DNA of 64,000 bases. Source: a virus. Shown piece by piece: positions 58,200 through 64,000 of this stretch (position 1 is the first letter of the stretch; every line of letters starts with the position of its first letter). The stretch is from the IMG/VR virus record IMGVR_UViG_3300024289_000019, positions 32,001 through 96,000 of that record. The stretch is one strand, 5' to 3'. The position numbers were made by a program, and so were the translations under genes. Below the pieces are notes generated by a model. It was not told the DNA's origin. It did no database searches and saw nothing but the letters and a program-made list of their open reading frames with translations.

Positions 58200-58449
58200 C
58201 TTTAGTAACTTCTTTCAATATCTCAACAATATCTTGTGGTACATCAAAGTAAACGTTTTGAAGTTTCCATTCATGACATCTACGTACATTTAATCCTCTT
58301 GGACGAATTTCATCACAGCCACGATAAATTTGTCCTGTTTCAGAATCTATTAAAATCCACTTAGTAGGAGATTTTGTCTCTACCATCAATTGTACTTTAT
58401 CAGATAGTTCTTCTGATGTTTTACCATTAACTAATTTTCTGTCCGCCAT
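58135..58449 (-). CDS. Hypothetical protein (tandem paralog)
   Basis: PTKWILIDSETGQIYRG. Confidence 0.6.
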   Translation of the reverse strand: MADRKLVNGKTSEELSDKVQLMVETKSPTKWILIDSETGQIYRGCDEIRPRGLNVRRCHEWKLQNVYFDVPQDIVEILKEVTKDENIKKKIEGRDKSYPFTNSN

Positions 58450-58633
58450 GTTTTTCTATGTATTTTCCTATCTTTTCGTAAAGATCTAATCCAACATAAT
58501 TTTTATATGAGCACGACAAACAATATAAAAATAGTTTGTCGTCATCTGTTAAATTTGGATACAGTTGCAGCTGATCCATTGGGCAAATCAGCGGAGGAAC
58601 TTTTTGCTCCTCCGCTAACTTTTGATATGCCAC
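58427..58633 (-). CDS. Small zinc-binding protein
   Basis: CPMD...CLSC. Confidence 0.55.
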   Translation of the reverse strand: MAYQKLAEEQKVPPLICPMDQLQLYPNLTDDDKLFLYCLSCSYKNYVGLDLYEKIGKYIEKHGGQKIS

Positions 58634-58646
58634 GACTAATTGTGTT

Positions 58647-59225
58647 TTAATTTACTGCCTCTATCTTGTTTTGTTTTGTTATTTTTAAACACGATTCAGG
58701 AAATTCATTTAAGAACTTCTTATATCTAACAGTTTGGTAGCTAGGCCAAGAACTCCAGTCTTTGCCACCTTTTGTCATTCTATATGCTATTTCAGCGTTT
58801 AAAATAGGGTTTAATAGGTTCGAATTGGAAGTGAGCCCATATTGGTCTCTTCTTTCAACTCCAAGGTTGCCAAGCATGTTAACTTGAAAAATCCCATATG
58901 AGTTGTCCCCTGTTTTTCTGTTTCCGTTATAAGCAAGCGGTCTTCCGTTGGACTCTGTTTTTGACACAGCCCACGCTTTTTTTAGAGCTTGACCTTCAAA
59001 GCCAGCAATGCTTAAAACATCTACTAGTTCGCAGTCACTTAAATCTGTTGCTACAGAATAAGCTTCTACTTTTTGCGCCAATAGTTCAGCAGATTTTTTC
59101 TGTTCAACCATTAAAGCGTACGCAGGTCCGTCTGTATTTGCTATTAAATATACCGCTACCATAAGTAGAACGAATATGGTAGAATTACTAAATAACTCGT
59201 ACAAACGTTTTATATTTTTCTCCAT
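58647..59225 (-). CDS. Membrane-anchored lytic transglycosylase (SLT/lysozyme-like)
   Basis: N-terminal TM; TES catalytic Glu, SYGIFQVN, NAEIA...WSSW. Confidence 0.8.
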   Translation of the reverse strand: MEKNIKRLYELFSNSTIFVLLMVAVYLIANTDGPAYALMVEQKKSAELLAQKVEAYSVATDLSDCELVDVLSIAGFEGQALKKAWAVSKTESNGRPLAYNGNRKTGDNSYGIFQVNMLGNLGVERRDQYGLTSNSNLLNPILNAEIAYRMTKGGKDWSSWPSYQTVRYKKFLNEFPESCLKITKQNKIEAVN

Positions 59226-59308
59226 AGGTGTTACCTCCTAAGAGACAGTAAATATAATTTTACTAAACAATGTAAGGTGTTGTCAAGCTAGTCAACCAGA
59301 AAGTTTTT

Positions 59309-60307
59309 ATGAATATTTCTTATTACACAGTAAAAGCAGGATTAAATCCTGCTGTTGGCTTTGGCTATGCTGGACAAAATATTGTAAAATCATTGCAAAG
59401 TTTAGGACACAAAGTAACTTTTGCGGATCCAAGAGCTCATGTACAATTAATGTTTACACAGCCAGATAATTTTAAATTTCATAGAAATCAATACCAAATT
59501 GGTTATACACCATGGGAATCAACATCTATGGATCCCGCCTGGGCAGATAAATTTAATCTATGTGATGAAGTTTGGGCTACATCACAATGGACTGCAGATG
59601 TTTTTAAACAAAACGGTGTAGAAAAAGATATCAAAGTATATCGTCATGGAATTGAAAGTTTATGGAAACCAAAGAAAAGAATTTTAAAAGATGATGGAGT
59701 TTTTAAATTTCTTCATATTGGTGAACCTTCTCCAAGAAAAGATGGTCAATTAGTTGTTGACACATTTATTAAATTGTTTGGTAATAACCCAAAATATCAC
59801 TTAACAATCAAGGCGCATCTATTTAATACTATTAGAGTATATAATAATTATAATATATTATCTTTACCTAATATATATAATAATATATCTATTATAACAG
59901 ATGAATATGACACTAGTCAACTATTATTTTTATATCACTCTCATCATGCACTTGTTTATCCAACTTGGGGAGAAGGATTTGGATTTATTCCATTACAAGG
60001 TTTAGCAACTGGAATGCCAGTTATTTCAACTTATGATTGGGCAGATTACAAAGAATTTCTTGGACCTCTAAAGCTAAAGTCAACATTGACAGATGATTCA
60101 CTTCCAAAATCAGTAGGACATACTTATGTTGGGAAAATGTATCGTCCAGATAAACAACATCTTGAAGAATTAATGTTAGAGTGTGTTATAAATTATAAAG
60201 CTTATTCTGGTTATTATTTTGCTCAATCAGAAAAAGTACATGAAAAATATAATTGGATCCAGTTGACTAAGAATGCTTTTGAAGATTTAAATAAAAAATT
60301 TTCTTAA
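59309..60307 (+). CDS. Glycosyltransferase family 4
   Basis: PRKDG...VYPTWGEGFGFIPLQGLATGMPVI. Confidence 0.88.
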   Translation: MNISYYTVKAGLNPAVGFGYAGQNIVKSLQSLGHKVTFADPRAHVQLMFTQPDNFKFHRNQYQIGYTPWESTSMDPAWADKFNLCDEVWATSQWTADVFKQNGVEKDIKVYRHGIESLWKPKKRILKDDGVFKFLHIGEPSPRKDGQLVVDTFIKLFGNNPKYHLTIKAHLFNTIRVYNNYNILSLPNIYNNISIITDEYDTSQLLFLYHSHHALVYPTWGEGFGFIPLQGLATGMPVISTYDWADYKEFLGPLKLKSTLTDDSLPKSVGHTYVGKMYRPDKQHLEELMLECVINYKAYSGYYFAQSEKVHEKYNWIQLTKNAFEDLNKKFS

Positions 60308-60394
60308 CTCTTGCCCTCTAAAAAATTTTTAGGTATACTTAGACTTACCCAAAAAACATAACAGTCGAAAATCGGCGGAAAGAGTATTTTAAAA

Positions 60395-62329
60395 ATGTCT
60401 AGAACTATTGATAACCCTTATGAAAACTTCATAGCCTTGTCTCGATATGCGAGATGGATTGAAGATGAAAATCGTCGTGAGACTTGGGGTGAAACCGTAG
60501 ATAGATATTTTTCTTTTATGCTTGATCATTTAAAGAATAACTACAACTATTCTCCTGAATCAAAATTTGTTGAAGAATTAAAAGAAGCAGTTTATAGCAG
60601 AAATGTTATGCCATCAATGAGGGCTGTAATGACTGCAGGAACAGCTCTTGCAAGAGACAATGTTGCAGGATATAACTGTTCATTTGTTCCAGTAGATTCT
60701 CCAAGATCTTTTGACGAAACAATGTATATACTAATGTGTGGAACAGGTGTAGGTTTTTCTGTTGAATACAAGTATGTTAATAAACTTCCTGCCGTCCCAG
60801 AATCATTTGAAAAATCAACCACTACTATCGTTGTAGAAGATTCAAAGAATGGTTGGGCAAAATCTTATCGTGAACTTCTAGCAATGCTTTGGGCAGGACA
60901 AATTCCTTCTATTGATGTTTCTAAACTTCGTCCAGCAGGTGCACGTCTTAAGACTATGGGTGGTAGATCATCTGGTCCACAGCCACTAATCAACCTTTTT
61001 GATTTTACTATTGCTAAATTTAAGCAAGCAGCAGGACGTCAATTAAAGCCCATTGAAGCACATGACATAATGTGTAAGATTGGTGAAGTAGTAGTTGTTG
61101 GTGGAGTTCGTCGTTCTGCAATGATTTCTCTATCTAATATTAATGATATTGAAATGGCTGCAGCAAAATCTGGTAATTGGTGGGAACAAAATTCTCAACG
61201 TGCCTTGTCCAACAATTCAGTAGCATACTCTCGTAAACCAGCAATGGAACAATTTATTGCGGAATGGAAAAATTTATATGACTCAAAATCTGGTGAGCGT
61301 GGCATATACAATGTTGCCGCTGCTCAAAAACAAGCAGCAAGATGGGGACGTAGAGACCCTGAAATTCACTACGGAACTAACCCCTGTTCAGAGATTATTC
61401 TCAGACCTTACCAGTTTTGCAACTTATCTGAAGTTGTAATTCGTGAAAAAGATACAAAAAAGGATATTGAGCGAAAAGTTGTTTTAGCTACAATTCTTGG
61501 AACATGGCAATCAACTTTAACTGACTTTAAATATCTTCGTAAAGTATGGAAAGATAATACAGAAGAAGAGCGCCTATTAGGTGTTTCTATTACTGGACAA
61601 TTTGGACATAAGTTTATGTCTGGTCAAGAAGGGCTTGATAAACTTGGAAAGTTCTTAAATGAACTCAGAGATCTTGCTAGAGCTTGGAATAAAGAAGAAG
61701 CAGAGTCTTTAGGCATTAATCCATCTGCTGCAATTACTTGTGTAAAACCATCAGGAACCGTTTCACAATTAACTGGAGTTTCTTCAGGAATGCATCCCTG
61801 GCATTCTCCATATTACATTCGCACAGTTCGTGGAGATAAAAAAGATCCACTTTCAACTTTCTTAAAAGAAGTTGGAATTCCATATGAAGATGATTTCATG
61901 AAGCCAAATGACACTTATGTATTTTCATTTCCAGTAAAAGCACCAGAAGGTGCAATTGTTCGTGATGATTTAACAGCCTTGGATCATTTGAATACTTGGC
62001 TTGTGTATCAACGTGAATGGTGTGAACATAAACCTTCTATTACCGTATCAGTAAAAGAAGATGAGTGGATGGAGGTAGGCGCTTGGGTTTATCATTATTT
62101 TGATGAAGTATCTGGTATTTCATTTTTGCCCCATTCCGATCATTCATATAAGCAGGCTCCATATCAAGAAATTACAGAAACAGAATACTTAGAGTTACTT
62201 GCTAAAATGCCTTCTAATATTCGCTGGGAAGATTTGTCTTTTTACGAGACAGAGGACGGGACAAGTGGCACACAGACGCTTGCCTGTACATCAGACGGTA
62301 ACTGTGAAATTGTAGATATTACCGCCTAG
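60395..62329 (+). CDS. nrdJ: Adenosylcobalamin-dependent (class II) ribonucleotide reductase
   Basis: YNCS, GTNPCSEI, TCVKPSGT, C-terminal CTSDGNC; no adjacent beta subunit. Confidence 0.9.
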   Translation: MSRTIDNPYENFIALSRYARWIEDENRRETWGETVDRYFSFMLDHLKNNYNYSPESKFVEELKEAVYSRNVMPSMRAVMTAGTALARDNVAGYNCSFVPVDSPRSFDETMYILMCGTGVGFSVEYKYVNKLPAVPESFEKSTTTIVVEDSKNGWAKSYRELLAMLWAGQIPSIDVSKLRPAGARLKTMGGRSSGPQPLINLFDFTIAKFKQAAGRQLKPIEAHDIMCKIGEVVVVGGVRRSAMISLSNINDIEMAAAKSGNWWEQNSQRALSNNSVAYSRKPAMEQFIAEWKNLYDSKSGERGIYNVAAAQKQAARWGRRDPEIHYGTNPCSEIILRPYQFCNLSEVVIREKDTKKDIERKVVLATILGTWQSTLTDFKYLRKVWKDNTEEERLLGVSITGQFGHKFMSGQEGLDKLGKFLNELRDLARAWNKEEAESLGINPSAAITCVKPSGTVSQLTGVSSGMHPWHSPYYIRTVRGDKKDPLSTFLKEVGIPYEDDFMKPNDTYVFSFPVKAPEGAIVRDDLTALDHLNTWLVYQREWCEHKPSITVSVKEDEWMEVGAWVYHYFDEVSGISFLPHSDHSYKQAPYQEITETEYLELLAKMPSNIRWEDLSFYETEDGTSGTQTLACTSDGNCEIVDITA

Positions 62330-62375
62330 TGGTAGAATATATCTATGGGCCAAAAACCCATTAAGGAGAAAATAT

Positions 62376-62561
62376 ATGAATGAAAAACTAAAAGCAGTAC
62401 TAGCATCATATGCACGTACAGCAGTATCAGCAGCATTAGCTGTTTACATGACTGGAAATACAGACGCTAAGGCAATGGCAACAGCTGCCCTTGCAGCAAT
62501 TGTAGGACCTCTAGCAAGAGCATTGAATCCAAAAGACGGAGCTTTTGGCATTGTAAAGTAA
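62376..62561 (+). CDS. Small membrane protein, holin-like
   Basis: Two hydrophobic helices ending LNPKDGAFG. Confidence 0.6.
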   Translation: MNEKLKAVLASYARTAVSAALAVYMTGNTDAKAMATAALAAIVGPLARALNPKDGAFGIVK

Positions 62562-62634
62562 ATTACTTTAGAGTGGTCCCTGTGCTAAAATTGGCATAGG
62601 GACCATTTTTTTAAATAAAATAAGGCAGGTTATT

Positions 62635-62979
62635 GTGGCATCAATAAAAAATTTTGACGTTGACCAAGGCGCAACTTTTACATTTCAAGTTGAGTATTTA
62701 GACTCAACAAATGCCCCTATTGATTTAACTGGAAGTACGGCTAAAATGCAGATCCGTGATACAAAAGGCGGAAAACAATTGATTGCTACATTAACAACCC
62801 CATCAACAAATGGAATATCTATAGTTGGAAATAAAGTAAATGTTACAGTCCCCGCATCTGCAACAAACAAGTTAATATTTCCAAAGTCTGCTTACGACAT
62901 TCTTGTAACAGATACAAATGGAAATAAAATTCGTTTATTAGAAGGATTTTTAACTCTAGATAGGTCGGTAACGGTTTGA
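62635..62979 (+). CDS. Putative structural protein
   Basis: DQGATF...PIDLTGSTAKMQIR...YDI...RLLEG pattern. Confidence 0.6.
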   Translation: MASIKNFDVDQGATFTFQVEYLDSTNAPIDLTGSTAKMQIRDTKGGKQLIATLTTPSTNGISIVGNKVNVTVPASATNKLIFPKSAYDILVTDTNGNKIRLLEGFLTLDRSVTV

Positions 62980-63434
62980 TGGCCAACGAAAAAGTAATAG
63001 TTAATGAAACAGTAAATAAAGTTGTTATTTCTGGAACGGGTGCCCAGGGACCAAGAGGAAAAGGAATCCTAAATGGAAATGGGACTCCATCAAACAGCTT
63101 GGGTCTTCAAGGCGATTTTTATTATGATAAAGACACGACAAGATTTTATGGCCCAAAGCCAAACGATTTAAGTTGGCAAGGTGCTCCAAATTATCTATTG
63201 AATACAGAGGTAGCCCTTGTATTTCCTTGGGAATTAGCTCAGGTTCATCCACCAGATGCACAACATCCAGGCGTTTATTGGGTTCCTATAGAACATAATT
63301 TACAATTTCATCCAAATGTAACTGTAAAAGCTAGTAGCGGGGACGTATTGGAAACAGGAATAGACTATAATAGTATTAATATGCTGACATTAACCATGAC
63401 GCAACAATTTTCTGGGACAGCCTACCTGTCCTAA
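62979..63434 (+). CDS. Putative structural protein with short collagen-like motif
   Basis: GAQGPRG, G.G.P....G..GDFY, IEHNL..HP. Confidence 0.6.
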   Translation: MANEKVIVNETVNKVVISGTGAQGPRGKGILNGNGTPSNSLGLQGDFYYDKDTTRFYGPKPNDLSWQGAPNYLLNTEVALVFPWELAQVHPPDAQHPGVYWVPIEHNLQFHPNVTVKASSGDVLETGIDYNSINMLTLTMTQQFSGTAYLS

Positions 63435-63451
63435 AAGAGGAGTAACAAAAT

Positions 63452-64000
63452 ATGGCAAGAAAATTTTTAGTTAGTTTAGATCTCTCAAAGAATGAGCTTT
63501 TGAATGCTCGTATTCAAAACCTTCCTTCTGCATCTAAACCACAAAATCCAGTCACTGGTCAAATTTATTATGATACCACTGACAACTTCCTCTATTTCTG
63601 GAATGGCACAACATGGCTAAGAGCATCAGGTGATTTTGGAAACGGTGGACTCACATCCTCTCTATTCTTTGGTAATACAAATTCCGACGGCGTAGCAACA
63701 TCGGTTGCTCGTGCAGATCATACACACGATATTCCAGACGTACTAGGTACAGCTGGTCAAATTGATGTTTCTAAAAATGAAATTACTGGAGATGCAACAT
63801 TCTCTCTTATTAATACTGGCGTAACAGCTGGTACTTATGGTGCAGTAGATACATCAGTAACATTTACAGTTGATGCTAAAGGTAGAATTACTTCTGCATC
63901 ACAAGCAGCAATTTCAATTTCAACAGATCAAGTAAATGGACTTCAAGAATATATTGAAGACAAGGTTGGAAATCTTGTTGTTGCTGGAGAAGGCATTGAT
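63452..64000 (+). CDS. Tail fibre-like protein, truncated by window end
   Basis: GAGGAG RBS; MARKFL...GQIYYDT...WNG; ARADHTH; TVDAKGRIT. Confidence 0.7.
   Translation, partial: MARKFLVSLDLSKNELLNARIQNLPSASKPQNPVTGQIYYDTTDNFLYFWNGTTWLRASGDFGNGGLTSSLFFGNTNSDGVATSVARADHTHDIPDVLGTAGQIDVSKNEITGDATFSLINTGVTAGTYGAVDTSVTFTVDAKGRITSASQAAISISTDQVNGLQEYIEDKVGNLVVAGEGID

Noticed and set aside
60308-60394. Cobalamin riboswitch or NrdR box upstream of nrdJ
   Set aside because: The gap is short and holds only a promoter and a small hairpin; no consensus recognised.
1-64000. Stop-codon reassignment
   Set aside because: Conserved genes are full length in the standard code, all three stops are used and no suppressor tRNA was seen.

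Overview
This is a 64 kb segment of a large, AT-rich tailed dsDNA phage. WhiB, an Lsr2-like protein, DnaE, class II RNR and GAAAGGA ribosome-binding sites point to an actinobacterial host, possibly a low-GC freshwater lineage. Layout: tail/receptor-binding genes (1-8.7 kb); replication, recombination and packaging genes (DnaB, primase, SSB, DnaE, RecA, Cas4-like nuclease, RuvC, terminase; 8.8-25.5 kb); an accessory/lysis region with tRNAs, Hsp20, 2OG-Fe(II) oxygenases, a PA14 protein, CHAP lysin, WhiB, proteases, a flavin halogenase and AdoMetDC (25.7-42.9 kb); a strand switch; a leftward block of many small genes (43.4-56.4 kb); then transglycosylase, glycosyltransferase, NrdJ and more structural genes. 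The strongest signal is regulatory. The leftward block carries 18 promoters with exact TGTC(G/A)G-N10-TAnnnT geometry, the known consensus of the actinobacterial PafBC (RecA-NDp) DNA-damage promoter. They sit in cassettes with perfect CRP/GlxR sites, GACAC-containing boxes and DnaA boxes. The block also contains a predicted small RNA whose loop is the exact complement of the shared ribosome-binding site of those genes. Other candidate structured RNAs include a ROSE-like thermometer on hsp20 and a covarying pseudoknot found twice. All calls come from reading the sequence by eye; no database searches were run.
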